Positions 1 to 9,771 of a stretch of 64,000 nt of DNA are shown here, in pieces; positions within the stretch are counted from its first letter, which is position 1, and every line of letters begins with the position of its first letter. This stretch comes from an uncultured bacterium (lineage in GTDB: Bacteria; Bacillota; Clostridia; Lachnospirales; Lachnospiraceae), in the NCBI GenBank assembly GCA_947574055.1, contig CANPIC010000007.1, positions 2,567-66,566 on the forward strand, written 5' to 3'. The notes below the pieces were generated by a model. The model was given only the letters and a program-made list of their open reading frames with translations, had not been told where the DNA came from and ran no database searches. Position numbers and translations under genes: made by a program.

Positions 1-329
1 TGCCGGGTGTAGTAGTGCCTGTAGATCCCAATACAGGGATTGGTGTAGTTCCCGGGGTGGGAACAGAACCGGGCCCAGGTGGTGTACCGGGTACAGGCGA
101 GGTGCCGGTTCCGGGGACTGTGCCGGGAGAAATCCCGGGCAACGGGGCAGGAGATCCGGCGACTGGTCAGCCGGACGGGGGTAATGTACCTGTACCGGTT
201 GTTCCGCCGGATCAGGGTGTGACTGGTCAGCCGGGAGCGGAAGGTATGACCGGTGCAGATCCGGGAGTGGTACCGGCTCCCGCTGTGACACCGGAGCCGA
301 TACCGGCACCGGTTCCCGGAGCGCAATAA
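1..329 (+). CDS. 3' end of a gene running in from the left; Pro/Gly/Val-rich low-complexity C-terminal tail
   Basis: Open frame from the window edge to TAA at 327-329; PG/VP/DP-rich; GACTGGTCAGCCGG repeated at 161 and 221. Confidence 0.7.
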   Translation, partial: PGVVVPVDPNTGIGVVPGVGTEPGPGGVPGTGEVPVPGTVPGEIPGNGAGDPATGQPDGGNVPVPVVPPDQGVTGQPGAEGMTGADPGVVPAPAVTPEPIPAPVPGAQ

Positions 330-405
330 GGAGATTGCACCCGTTAGCGGCAGAGGAACAGACCAGGAGCAATTTTTGACCGGAAAATAAGAGTGGGAGA
401 AAAAT

Positions 406-888
406 ATGAGTGGGATTGATGACATCATCAAAAAGGACGGGATAGATATTCTGCTTTCGGAACATCATAAGAATACGAAAAAGGACATACAGCATGGCAA
501 TATGTCCGTGCGTCAGCATACTATCAATGTGGCAAGGCACAGTGTGCTGATCAGTGAGAAACTGGGGATTGCGTGTGACCGGCGGGCGCTGGTGCGGGGA
601 GCGCTTCTTCATGATTATTTCCTGTATGACTGGCATGACAGAGACCATGCAAATCTGCTTCGACTGCATGGGATTCATCATCCGGGTATTGCATTAAAGA
701 ATGCGGAAAGTGAATTTCCCCTTACGGATATCGAAAAAGATATTATCAAAAAGCATATGTGGCCGCTTACGGTAGTGCCCCCGACCTGCAGGGAGGCGTG
801 GATCGTATCCATGGCAGATAAATACTGTTCCCTGATGGAAACCGTGAGATTACACAGGAAGCGTTACAGGAGGGCACAGCACGGATAA
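406..888 (+). CDS. HD-domain phosphohydrolase
   Basis: QHG..SVRQH, ALLHDYFLYDW, HPGIAL, KHMWPL, ADK motifs; GGGAG RBS. Confidence 0.85.
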   Translation: MSGIDDIIKKDGIDILLSEHHKNTKKDIQHGNMSVRQHTINVARHSVLISEKLGIACDRRALVRGALLHDYFLYDWHDRDHANLLRLHGIHHPGIALKNAESEFPLTDIEKDIIKKHMWPLTVVPPTCREAWIVSMADKYCSLMETVRLHRKRYRRAQHG

Positions 889-898
889 CGGGACATCT

Positions 899-2389
899 TT
901 GTATGAAAAACTGCTTTGCAATAGTCGCTCCGATGTCTATCCCTGTCATATGCCGGGACACAAGCGTAAGATGGCGGGATTTCCCATGGAATCCTGCTAT
1001 GGGATTGATATTACGGAGATCGACGGCTTTGACAATCTCCACTGCCCACAGGGGATTCTGCTCGATATAATGAGAAGGGCGGAGCGACTGTTCGGGGCGG
1101 AGACTTATATGCTGATCAATGGCAGTACGGCGGGAATCCTCAGCGCAGTTTCAGCCACCCTCCGCAGGGGAGAGAGAATTTTGCTGGCAAGAAACAGTCA
1201 TAAATCTGCGTTTCATGGCGTCGCACTCAGCGGCGGCCGTGCCGCCTATCTCTATCCGCAGTATCTGCAAGACTATGGTCTGTGCGGTGCTGTCTCGCCG
1301 CAGGAGGTGGAGAGAAAGCTAAGCGAGTATCCGCAGGCAAAGGCGATACTGCTTACGTCTCCTACGTATGACGGTATGGTGTCGGATGTGGCCGCCATTG
1401 CTTCTCTGGCACATGAAAGGGGGATTCCCCTGATCGTGGACGAAGCGCATGGTGCACATTTTATGCTGGATCAGCGATTCCCGCCAAGCGCAGTCTCGCT
1501 GGGGGCAGACATTGTGATTCACAGTATTCATAAGACTCTGCCGGCACTGACGCAGACAGCACTGCTACATGTGCAGGGGAAACTGGTGGATCGTAAGCGG
1601 CTGCAATATTTTCTTTCCGTCTATCAGACGAGCAGTCCATCATATATTCTGATGGCCGGTATCGGGCAATGTATTTCCATACTGGAACAGAGAGCAGCGG
1701 AACTGTGTGAACGCTTTTTCCAATGGAACCAGACTTTTGAACGGCAAATGAAAACACTTGCCTGCATGCGGGTATTTTCCACAGAGGCAGACAGATACAA
1801 AGGCCGGGGGATCTTTGCTCATGATACGGGGAAAAAGATTATTTCGGCAGCGGGTACCGCAATAACGGGGAAAGAATTATATGATCTGTTACTAAGCCGT
1901 TATGGTCTGCAGATGGAAATGGCCGGACAGGACTATGTGACGGCTATTATGACGATTATGGACACGCAGGAGGGATTTGACCGCCTGGGAGGCGCACTGG
2001 CGCAGATAGACAGAGAACTGCGACCGGCAACGGAGTGGACCGGGCATCTACGGACAGACAAAAGGAATCACGGGCAGAGCCTGGACAGCCGGCATATAGA
2101 TCATAATGACAGTGCGGTATGGCTGCGGACCGGCCAACCGGCCTGTGAGATGGATGCGGCGCTGGAGCAGCGCTGGAAGAGCGTTCTGGTTGAAGAAAGT
2201 CCGGGAAAGATCTCGGCGGGCTTTGTCCATATTTATCCGCCGGGGATTCCGCTGATCGTGCCGGGGGAGATTTTTACCAAAGAGGTAGTGACAACGCTGC
2301 TTTCTTATAAGAAGCAGGGTTTTATGATAGAGGGTATGCAGGACAATAACAATAAAGTATGTGTGATCGGAGAAGAGAAAGATGCGTAA
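899..2389 (+). CDS. Orn/Lys/Arg decarboxylase family, PLP-dependent (YaaO-like)
   Basis: HMPGHK, NGST, DEAHGAH, HSIHKT (PLP lysine), TSSPSY, YPPGIP. Confidence 0.9.
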   Translation: MYEKLLCNSRSDVYPCHMPGHKRKMAGFPMESCYGIDITEIDGFDNLHCPQGILLDIMRRAERLFGAETYMLINGSTAGILSAVSATLRRGERILLARNSHKSAFHGVALSGGRAAYLYPQYLQDYGLCGAVSPQEVERKLSEYPQAKAILLTSPTYDGMVSDVAAIASLAHERGIPLIVDEAHGAHFMLDQRFPPSAVSLGADIVIHSIHKTLPALTQTALLHVQGKLVDRKRLQYFLSVYQTSSPSYILMAGIGQCISILEQRAAELCERFFQWNQTFERQMKTLACMRVFSTEADRYKGRGIFAHDTGKKIISAAGTAITGKELYDLLLSRYGLQMEMAGQDYVTAIMTIMDTQEGFDRLGGALAQIDRELRPATEWTGHLRTDKRNHGQSLDSRHIDHNDSAVWLRTGQPACEMDAALEQRWKSVLVEESPGKISAGFVHIYPPGIPLIVPGEIFTKEVVTTLLSYKKQGFMIEGMQDNNNKVCVIGEEKDA

Positions 2390-3794
2390 AACGAAAATTG
2401 TATGTACGATAGGACCGGCAAGTGAAAGTGAGGAAAAGCTGCGTGAACTGATGAAAGCCGGCATGAACGTGGCCAGATTTAATTTTTCCCATGGAACCCA
2501 TGAGGAACACAAGGCTAAATTTGGCAGAGTCATAAAGGTAAGCGGTGAGTTGGGACTTTGTGTAGCGACGCTGTTAGATACGAAAGGGCCGGAGATCCGC
2601 CTGCGGGATTTTGAGGGAGGCAGCGCGCAGCTGAGCGCGGGGCAGACCTTTATCCTGACTACGGAAGAGATCATGGGAAATGCGGAGCGTGCCTCTATCT
2701 CCTATAAAAATCTCAGGCATGATGTGGCACCAGGAGCCAGAATATTGATTGATGACGGAAAGATCGAGATGGAAGTGGCATCCATCGAAGGGGAAGAGAT
2801 CCGCTGCACAGTCAGAAACGGCGGAACCGTTTCCAATCATAAAGGCATCAATGTACCGGATGTGGAACTGTCCATGCCCTATATCAGTGAAGTGGACAGA
2901 GAAGATATTCTCTTTGGCATCCGTATGGGCTTTGATTTTATCGCCGCTTCTTTTGTCAGAACCGGGGCGGATATCCTGGAAGTAAAGAAGATACTGGATG
3001 AAAACAAATCTCCCATGAAGATCATTGCCAAGATAGAGAGCATGCAGGGGATTCGTAATCTGGAAGAGATACTGGCAGTATCTGACGGCATTATGGTGGC
3101 ACGGGGCGATATGGGCGTGGAACTGCCACTGGAAGAAGTGCCGGTGATCCAGAAAAAGATGATCAAGATGGCTGTGGCAGCGGGCAAACATGTGATCACA
3201 GCGACGCAGATGCTGGAGTCGATGATTCATAATCCCCGTCCTACCCGGGCGGAAACGAATGATGTGGCCAATGCTATTTATGACGGGACAACAGCCATCA
3301 TGCTGTCAGGGGAAAGTGCGGCGGGGAAATATCCGGTGGAAGCGGTGGAGACGATGGCGAGGATTGCCGAGCGGACAGAGCAGGATATCGACTATAACGG
3401 CAGGATGCTGCGTGATACGCCCAGAAATCTGGAGGATGTGACAACGGCAATTTCCTTTGCCACCTGTACGACAGCCATGCATCTGGGCGCAGAGGCGATT
3501 ATTACCGTAACCATGTCGGGCTTTACGGCGGGAATGATTTCTCGCTATAAACCGGGCAGCCAGATCATCGGATGCAGTGTCAATCCCAGAGTATGTCGCC
3601 AGATGGCACTTTTGTGGGGTGTGACACCGATGCTGATGCCGAAAGAAGATAATACCGAGGACCTGTTTGAAGAAGCAGCCATGCTCGCCAGAAAACAGGG
3701 ATTCATTCATGCGGATAACCGGGTCGTACTGACGGCAGGCATCCCGCTGGGCGTTTCAGGCAGTACCAATATGATCCGGGTGCTGGAAGTATAA
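2382..3794 (+). CDS. pyk: Pyruvate kinase
   Basis: RKTKIVCTIGPAS, ARFNFSHG, DTKGPEIR, MVARGDMGVE, TQMLESM, PTRAE. Confidence 0.98.
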   Translation: MRKTKIVCTIGPASESEEKLRELMKAGMNVARFNFSHGTHEEHKAKFGRVIKVSGELGLCVATLLDTKGPEIRLRDFEGGSAQLSAGQTFILTTEEIMGNAERASISYKNLRHDVAPGARILIDDGKIEMEVASIEGEEIRCTVRNGGTVSNHKGINVPDVELSMPYISEVDREDILFGIRMGFDFIAASFVRTGADILEVKKILDENKSPMKIIAKIESMQGIRNLEEILAVSDGIMVARGDMGVELPLEEVPVIQKKMIKMAVAAGKHVITATQMLESMIHNPRPTRAETNDVANAIYDGTTAIMLSGESAAGKYPVEAVETMARIAERTEQDIDYNGRMLRDTPRNLEDVTTAISFATCTTAMHLGAEAIITVTMSGFTAGMISRYKPGSQIIGCSVNPRVCRQMALLWGVTPMLMPKEDNTEDLFEEAAMLARKQGFIHADNRVVLTAGIPLGVSGSTNMIRVLEV

Positions 3795-3803
3795 AGGTGC
3801 GGG

Positions 3804-4391
3804 ATGGGCAGAATTTTTTATATCATGGGCAAAAGTTCCACGGGAAAAGACACTATTTATAAAAGGCTTCTGGAACAAAAAGAGATGCACCTGCGCACTC
3901 TTGTCATGTATACCACCCGTCCGGCCAGGGAAGGTGAGCGGGACGGGGTGGAATACTTCTTTGTCAATGACAGCAGGATGCAGGAACTGGATGCACAGGG
4001 AAAGATCATAGAGAAGCGTTCTTATCATACGGTCCATGGATTATGGCATTATTTTACGGTCAAGGATGAGCAGATCGACCTGGAAGCCTGTGATTATCTG
4101 GTTATCGGAACACTGGAATCCTATGCAGGTATGAGGCGATATTTTGGACGGCAAAAACTGGTGCCCATACTGATTGAACTGGATGACGGTGTGCGTCTGC
4201 AGCGGGCACTGGACCGGGAAAAGCTGCAGAGCCCGCCCTGTTATGCGGAACTTTGCAGGCGTTATCTGGCAGATGAGGCAGATTTTTCCGAAGAGATGTT
4301 AAAAGAAGCGGAAGTGGGGAAGCGGTTTCAAAATGATGATCTGGAACGCTGCCTTCTGGAAATCCGAACCTACATAGAGGAGTGGAGGTAG
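3804..4391 (+). CDS. Guanylate-kinase-like nucleoside monophosphate kinase (divergent paralogue)
   Basis: Walker [10 protein letters not shown]; [22 protein letters not shown]-binding motif; other Gmk motifs altered. Confidence 0.8.
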   Translation: MGRIFYIMGKSSTGKDTIYKRLLEQKEMHLRTLVMYTTRPAREGERDGVEYFFVNDSRMQELDAQGKIIEKRSYHTVHGLWHYFTVKDEQIDLEACDYLVIGTLESYAGMRRYFGRQKLVPILIELDDGVRLQRALDREKLQSPPCYAELCRRYLADEADFSEEMLKEAEVGKRFQNDDLERCLLEIRTYIEEWR

Positions 4392-4396
4392 TCTGT

Positions 4397-4837
4397 ATGG
4401 ATATAAAAGTCAATCCCCTTTCCACGCCGGCGCCGGTGCAGGCGGAGCAGCAGGTACAGCAGGGCGACGGCAGTTTTAAATTCACGCTGGCCAGTCATAT
4501 AGAAGAAGCCGGTCTGCAGGAACGGCTGAATCTGATGATGCAGGAAATTACCATGCAGGGTAATAAAATTTCCAAACGGATGGATGTGCGGGATATGAAA
4601 CGTTACCGCAGCATGATCAAGGAATTTATGAATGAGATTGTCAGCCGTTCCCATTCTTTTTCCAGAGAGAATTTTCTGGACAGACGGGGGAGACATAGGG
4701 TGTATGGTATCATCCGTCTGGTGGATGAGACACTCGACGAACTGGCAAAGGAACTGGTAAAAGACGAAAAGGACCACATCGCGATTCTGGGAAAAATAGG
4801 AGAGATCAGAGGTCTGTTGCTGGATATTTTTACATAA
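4397..4837 (+). CDS. YaaR/DUF327 family protein
   Basis: GGAGG RBS at 4384; Y(R)..[22 protein letters not shown]; position before holB. Confidence 0.85.
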   Translation: MDIKVNPLSTPAPVQAEQQVQQGDGSFKFTLASHIEEAGLQERLNLMMQEITMQGNKISKRMDVRDMKRYRSMIKEFMNEIVSRSHSFSRENFLDRRGRHRVYGIIRLVDETLDELAKELVKDEKDHIAILGKIGEIRGLLLDIFT

Positions 4838-4860
4838 GAGCGGCGGGGAAAGGAAAATAC

Positions 4861-5850
4861 GTGGCAGGATTTACAGATATCATCGGACAGGAGCAGTTAA
4901 AAGAACAGTTACAAAACGGGATCAGGACAGGCACGGTATCTCATGCCTATATCATCAATGGAGAGAAGCATGCCGGTAAGGAGTTTATCGCCGGTGTCTT
5001 TGCCATGGCGCTGCAGTGTGAAAAGGAAGAGAGTAAGCCTTGTCAGGAATGTCATTCCTGCAAACAGGCATTGTCGCATAATCATCCTGATATTATCCGC
5101 GTCAGCCATGAGAAACCCAATACCATTGGCGTGGAAGATATCAGAAGGCAGATTACAGGTGATATGGGAATCCGGCCTTATACAGGGCCTTACAAAATCT
5201 ATATCATTGGTGAGGGCGAAAAAATGACCATACAGGCGCAGAACGCGCTGCTCAAGACACTGGAGGAGCCGCCGGCCTATGGCGTTATCCTGATTCTTAC
5301 GGATAATGTGAATGCTATGCTGCCCACCATACTGAGCCGCTGTGTCGTGCTGCATATGAAGCCGGTGGAAGATAAGCTGGTGAGACGGTATCTGATGGAA
5401 TCCATGGAAATACCGGACTATAAAGCCGATATCTGTGTCGCTTTTGCCAGGGGAAATATCGGCAAAGCAAAGCTGCTGGCGGCCAGTGAGGAATTTGACA
5501 ATATCAGGGAAGAAGCCATGATACTCATGAAGCATATCAAAGAGATGGAAATGTATGAGATCATCGCGGCGATTAAAAAAATCAACGAATACAAGCTGGA
5601 GATCAGCGACTATCTGGATATCATTGCCATCTGGTACCGGGATGTGCTGCTGTTTAAGGCAACAAATGATGTAAATCACTTGATTTTTAAAGATGAAATA
5701 CAGTATATTAAAAAGGCGGCAGGGAAAAGTGACTATGCAGGCATTGAACATATATTGAAGGGGCTGGAAAAGGCCAAGAGCCGTCTGGCTGCCAATGTGA
5801 ACTTTGATCTGACTATGGAACTTTTGCTGCTGACGATACAGGAAAACTAG
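4861..5850 (+). CDS. holB: DNA polymerase III delta' subunit
   Basis: HAYII.G, CQECHSC zinc site, HPD, AQNALLKTLEEPP, TILSRC. Confidence 0.93.
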   Translation: MAGFTDIIGQEQLKEQLQNGIRTGTVSHAYIINGEKHAGKEFIAGVFAMALQCEKEESKPCQECHSCKQALSHNHPDIIRVSHEKPNTIGVEDIRRQITGDMGIRPYTGPYKIYIIGEGEKMTIQAQNALLKTLEEPPAYGVILILTDNVNAMLPTILSRCVVLHMKPVEDKLVRRYLMESMEIPDYKADICVAFARGNIGKAKLLAASEEFDNIREEAMILMKHIKEMEMYEIIAAIKKINEYKLEISDYLDIIAIWYRDVLLFKATNDVNHLIFKDEIQYIKKAAGKSDYAGIEHILKGLEKAKSRLAANVNFDLTMELLLLTIQEN

Positions 5851-5880
5851 GACATGTGCCTGGTGTGAGGTAGATAGATC

Positions 5881-6789
5881 ATGACAAAAGTAATAGGCGT
5901 AAGATTCCGTACGGCGGGCAAGATATATTATTTTGATCCGGTAAAGTTTCAGGTGGGGAGAGGCGATCATGTGATCGTGGAAACTGCCCGGGGCGTGGAA
6001 TTCGGAACCGTAGTCAGCGGAATCAAAGAGGTGGAGGATGATAAAGTGGTGCAGCCCCTGAAACCGGTGTTGCGGGTGGCTTCTCCGCGGGATGAAGAAC
6101 AGGAACAGAACAATAAGAAAAAAGAAAAAGAGGCTTTTCGCATCTGTCTGGAAAAGATAAAGAAACATAAACTGGAAATGAAACTGATTGATGCGGAATA
6201 TACTTTTGATAATAATAAAGTACTGTTTTACTTTACGGCAGACGGGCGGATTGATTTCCGTGAACTGGTAAAGGATCTGGCGTCGGTGTTTAAGACGAGG
6301 ATAGAACTGCGGCAGATCGGTGTGCGGGATGAGACAAAGATCGTGGGCGGCATGGGAATCTGCGGCAGGATACTTTGCTGTCATGCCCACTTATCTGAAT
6401 TTGTACCGGTGTCAATCAAGATGGCCAAGGAGCAGAACCTCTCCCTGAATCCGACGAAGATATCGGGGGTCTGCGGCAGACTGATGTGCTGTCTGAAGCA
6501 CGAAGAAGAGACATATGAAGAACTGAACAGAAAGCTGCCCGGCATCGGTGATTATGTGACGACAGATGACGGTCTCAAGGGGGAGGTATCTTCCGTGAAT
6601 GTACTGCGCCAGATGGTGAAGGTGCTGGTGACTGTGGAAGATGAAAAAGAAATACGCGAATACCGTGTGGAGCAGCTGCGTTTTAAGAGGCGCCACGGCA
6701 AACGGGACCGTGTGGAAGTGGATGAAGAATTAAAAGCACTGGAGAAGCTGGAGAAACAGGAAGGAAAATCCAAATTAAATGACAATTAG
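5881..6789 (+). CDS. yaaT: PSP1 / YaaT (RicT) family protein
   Basis: FTADGRIDFRELVKDLA, RIELRQIGVRDE, CGRILCC, SGVCGRLMCCL. Confidence 0.92.
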   Translation: MTKVIGVRFRTAGKIYYFDPVKFQVGRGDHVIVETARGVEFGTVVSGIKEVEDDKVVQPLKPVLRVASPRDEEQEQNNKKKEKEAFRICLEKIKKHKLEMKLIDAEYTFDNNKVLFYFTADGRIDFRELVKDLASVFKTRIELRQIGVRDETKIVGGMGICGRILCCHAHLSEFVPVSIKMAKEQNLSLNPTKISGVCGRLMCCLKHEEETYEELNRKLPGIGDYVTTDDGLKGEVSSVNVLRQMVKVLVTVEDEKEIREYRVEQLRFKRRHGKRDRVEVDEELKALEKLEKQEGKSKLNDN

Positions 6790-7516
6790 ACTAAAGCCGG
6801 GCGAGCGACTGGATGATTTGCAGAGAAACCATCTCAAAATCATTCAGAATCCGGCCCTGTTCTGCTTTGGTATGGATGCCGTGCTGCTGTCGGGATTTGC
6901 TGCGGCCAAAGCCGGGGAGAAGGTACTGGATCTGGGAACCGGCAATGGGATCATTCCCCTTTTGCTGTCTGCTAAAACCGAAGCGGCGCATCTGACCGGG
7001 CTGGAGATCCAGCCGGAAAGTGCGGATATGGCCAGGCGGAGCGTACTGTATAATGATCTGTCGCAGCGGATTACCATTGCGGAGGGGGATCTCAAAGAGG
7101 CTTCCGCGATTTTCGGCCTTGCAACATTTGATGTGGTGACTTGTAATCCACCGTATATGGCAGGCAGTCATGGCTTAACGAATGATGCGCAGGCCAGAGC
7201 CATTGCCAGACACGAACTGCTCTGTACATTTGAGGATGTGGCCAGGGAGGCGGCCAGGCTGCTTCGCCCGGGCGGGAAATTCTATCTGGTGCACCGCCCT
7301 TTCAGGCTGGCGGAGATTATGGTCACGCTTTCCAGGCACAAGCTGGAGCCCAAGCGGATGCGTCTGGTGTATCCTTATGTAAATAAAGAACCTAATATGG
7401 TATTGCTGGAAGCAAGCAGGGGTGGCAATTCGCGGATGCAGGTGGAGCCGCCGCTGATCGTATATCAAGAACCCGGTGTATATATGCCGGAAATTTATGA
7501 GGTGTATGGATACTGA
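6779..7516 (+). CDS. tRNA1(Val) A37 N6-methyltransferase family (YabB/TrmN6)
   Basis: LDLGTGNG SAM motif, CNPPY, IARHE, VHRPFRL. Confidence 0.88.
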   Translation: MTIRLKPGERLDDLQRNHLKIIQNPALFCFGMDAVLLSGFAAAKAGEKVLDLGTGNGIIPLLLSAKTEAAHLTGLEIQPESADMARRSVLYNDLSQRITIAEGDLKEASAIFGLATFDVVTCNPPYMAGSHGLTNDAQARAIARHELLCTFEDVAREAARLLRPGGKFYLVHRPFRLAEIMVTLSRHKLEPKRMRLVYPYVNKEPNMVLLEASRGGNSRMQVEPPLIVYQEPGVYMPEIYEVYGY

Positions 7517-7517
7517 T

Positions 7518-8366
7518 ATGAGTGGAATACTGATGCTGTGTGCAACACCCATCGGCAACCTGCAGGATATGACGCCGCGGGTAGTGGAAGCCATGAGAGA
7601 GGCGGATCTGATCGCGGCGGAAGATACGCGCAACAGTATCAAACTGCTAAATCATTTCCATATTTCCACGCCGATGACAAGCTATCACGAGTATAATAAA
7701 ACAGAAAAAGCCCACTATCTGATCCGCTGTATGCAGGAAGGCAAACGTGTGGCACTGATCACTGACGCAGGGACACCCGGTATCTCTGATCCGGGGGAAG
7801 TACTGGTACGGATGTGCCAGGAGCAGGGGATTCCCGTGACATCACTGCCGGGGCCTTCGGCCTGTATCACGGCGCTGACGCTGTCAGGATTGTCTGCCCG
7901 CCGATTCTGCTTTGAAGGATTTCTGCCTGCCGATAAAGGTGAGAGGCGGGAGATTCTGGAGGAACTTGCCGGAGAGTCGCGGACGATGATTCTCTATGAG
8001 GCGCCTCACCGCCTTGTGCGTACTTTGCAGGAGTTGCAGGCGGCGCTGGGAAACCGCCGGATCACGTTGTGCAGGGAGCTGACGAAAAAGTTTGAAACCA
8101 TATTGCCGACGACGCTGGAAGCTGCTCTTTTATTGTATGAGAAAGAGCAGCCAAAAGGGGAATATGTACTGGTATTGGAAGGCAAGAGCCTGGCCGAACG
8201 CAAAAGAGAAGCTATGGAGGGCTGGCAGCAGATTGATATCGCGGATCATATGAAATTGTATGAAGAACAGGGGATCACGGGAAAAGAGGCCATGAAACTG
8301 GTGGCCCGGCAGCGGGGGATTTCCAGGCGTGAGGTATATCAGTATCTGTTAGAGGTTACAAGGTAA
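7518..8366 (+). CDS. rsmI: 16S rRNA C1402 2'-O-methyltransferase
   Basis: ATPIGNL, AEDTR, DAGTPGISDPG, YEAPHRL, RELTK. Confidence 0.96.
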   Translation: MSGILMLCATPIGNLQDMTPRVVEAMREADLIAAEDTRNSIKLLNHFHISTPMTSYHEYNKTEKAHYLIRCMQEGKRVALITDAGTPGISDPGEVLVRMCQEQGIPVTSLPGPSACITALTLSGLSARRFCFEGFLPADKGERREILEELAGESRTMILYEAPHRLVRTLQELQAALGNRRITLCRELTKKFETILPTTLEAALLLYEKEQPKGEYVLVLEGKSLAERKREAMEGWQQIDIADHMKLYEEQGITGKEAMKLVARQRGISRREVYQYLLEVTR

Positions 8367-8374
8367 AAAAATAG

Positions 8375-8403
8375 TTGACAAATATGTATATGCAACATAT
8401 ACT
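8375..8403 (+). promoter_or_regulatory. Sigma-A promoter of the fab operon
   Basis: TTGACA (8375-80), 17 bp, TATACT (8398-8403). Confidence 0.85.
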
Positions 8404-8417
8404 TTGAGTGTCAAACT
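8401..8417. promoter_or_regulatory. FabT-type operator overlapping -10/+1
   Basis: ACTTTGA-GTG-TCAAACT; TTTGA-N3-TCAAA palindrome like streptococcal FabT boxes. Confidence 0.8.
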
Positions 8418-8453
8418 ATTAAAAAAATAAAGAGATAAAAGGAGATAAAAACA

Positions 8454-8687
8454 ATGTTGGAGAGAGTAAAAGAAATCATTCAGGAACAGTTAAATCTGGA
8501 CGGCGTGGAGATCACAGAAGAGTCTTCCTTTAAGGATGATCTGGGCGCAGACTCCCTTGATCTGTTTGAACTGGTTATGGCATTTGAGGAAGAATACGGG
8601 ATTGAGATCCCTTCCGAGGATCTGGAGCAGATCACAACAGTGGGCGCAGTGATCGAGTACATGAAGAATAAAGGCGTAGATGCATAA
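8454..8687 (+). CDS. acpP: Acyl carrier protein
   Basis: DLGADSLD phosphopantetheine site; 77 aa acidic. Confidence 0.97.
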   Translation: MLERVKEIIQEQLNLDGVEITEESSFKDDLGADSLDLFELVMAFEEEYGIEIPSEDLEQITTVGAVIEYMKNKGVDA

Positions 8688-8688
8688 C

Positions 8689-9609
8689 ATGAAAACAAGA
8701 ATAACGGAGTTACTGGGAATAGAATATCCCATTATCCAGGGCGGTATGGCGTGGGTGGCGGAGCACAATCTGGCGGCGGCTGTCTCTGAAGCAGGAGGGC
8801 TGGGCCTGATCGGTGCGGGCGGAGCGCCCGCCGAATTTATCCGGGAGCAGATCCGTGAGGTAAAAAAGGCGACAACCAAGCCATTCGGCGTCAATCTGAT
8901 GCTGATGAATCCGGAGGCAGATGCCATCGCGCAGATTATTGTCGAGGAAGGTGTCAGAGTCGTGACTACCGGCGCCGGCAATCCGGGCAAATATATGGCG
9001 ATGTGGAAAGAGGCCGGTGTCAAAGTGATCCCGGTAATCGCCAGCGTGGCCATGGCCAGGATGATGGAACGGGGCGGCGCAGATGCAGTGGTGGCAGAAG
9101 GCATGGAGTCCGGCGGGCACATCGGTTCGGCCACGACCATGACCCTGGTACCACAGGTGGTGGATGCGGTGAAGATTCCCGTGATCGCAGCAGGCGGTAT
9201 TGCGGACGGCAGAGGCTTCGCTGCTTCCATCATGCTGGGCGCGGAAGCGGTGCAGATGGGCACCCGCTTTGTGGTGGCGAAAGAGTCTATCGTCCATGAA
9301 AATTATAAGAAAAAACTGATCGGCGCGAAAGATATTGATTCGGAAGTGACGGGTATGAGCCACGGGCATCCGGTACGTCAGATCCGTAATAATATGACAA
9401 GAGAATATTTAAAACTGGAGCAGGAAGGCGCGCCGTTTGAAGAACTGGAAAAGCTGACCCTTGGCGCCCTGAGAAAAGCAGTGGTGGAAGGGGATACCGT
9501 AAACGGTACGCTGATGGCAGGGCAGATCGCGGGGCTGGTGAAAAAAGAGCAGACATGCCGTGAGATGATCGAAGAGATCATGGCGGAAGCGGAAAAACTG
9601 TTACCCTGA
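8689..9609 (+). CDS. fabK: Enoyl-ACP reductase II
   Basis: PIIQGGMAW, AEGMESGGHIG, AAGGIADGRG, MAGQIAG. Confidence 0.95.
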   Translation: MKTRITELLGIEYPIIQGGMAWVAEHNLAAAVSEAGGLGLIGAGGAPAEFIREQIREVKKATTKPFGVNLMLMNPEADAIAQIIVEEGVRVVTTGAGNPGKYMAMWKEAGVKVIPVIASVAMARMMERGGADAVVAEGMESGGHIGSATTMTLVPQVVDAVKIPVIAAGGIADGRGFAASIMLGAEAVQMGTRFVVAKESIVHENYKKKLIGAKDIDSEVTGMSHGHPVRQIRNNMTREYLKLEQEGAPFEELEKLTLGALRKAVVEGDTVNGTLMAGQIAGLVKKEQTCREMIEEIMAEAEKLLP

Positions 9610-9690
9610 ATGTCCGGTGTCACATCGAGGTGTTACCGGCAGGGTATGTTGTAAGTTTCTGCAAGTCTGATCAGTCATAATAGGTTTCAG

Positions 9691-9734
9691 ATGTGAAATA
9701 CATAGGAGGTCATAACAGACCTCCCATTTCACAT
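9691..9734 (+). other. Intergenic stem-loop between fabK and fabD
   Basis: ATGTGAAAT/ATTTCACAT outer arms and GGAGGTC/GACCTCC inner arms. Confidence 0.55.
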
Positions 9735-9740
9735 TTCAAT

Positions 9741-9757
9741 ACTTTGAATATCAAAAT
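9741..9757. promoter_or_regulatory. Second FabT-type operator upstream of fabD
   Basis: ACTTTGA-ATA-TCAAAAT, same core as 8401-8417. Confidence 0.7.
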
Positions 9758-9771
9758 AAAAGGAGTAGGTC

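Noticed and set aside
4909-6390. 493-aa minus-strand ORF, and similar long antisense ORFs (14591-15493, 26207-27094, 34583-35797, 37786-38658, 55801-56817)
   Set aside because: Shadows of well-supported + strand genes; no motifs, atypical composition
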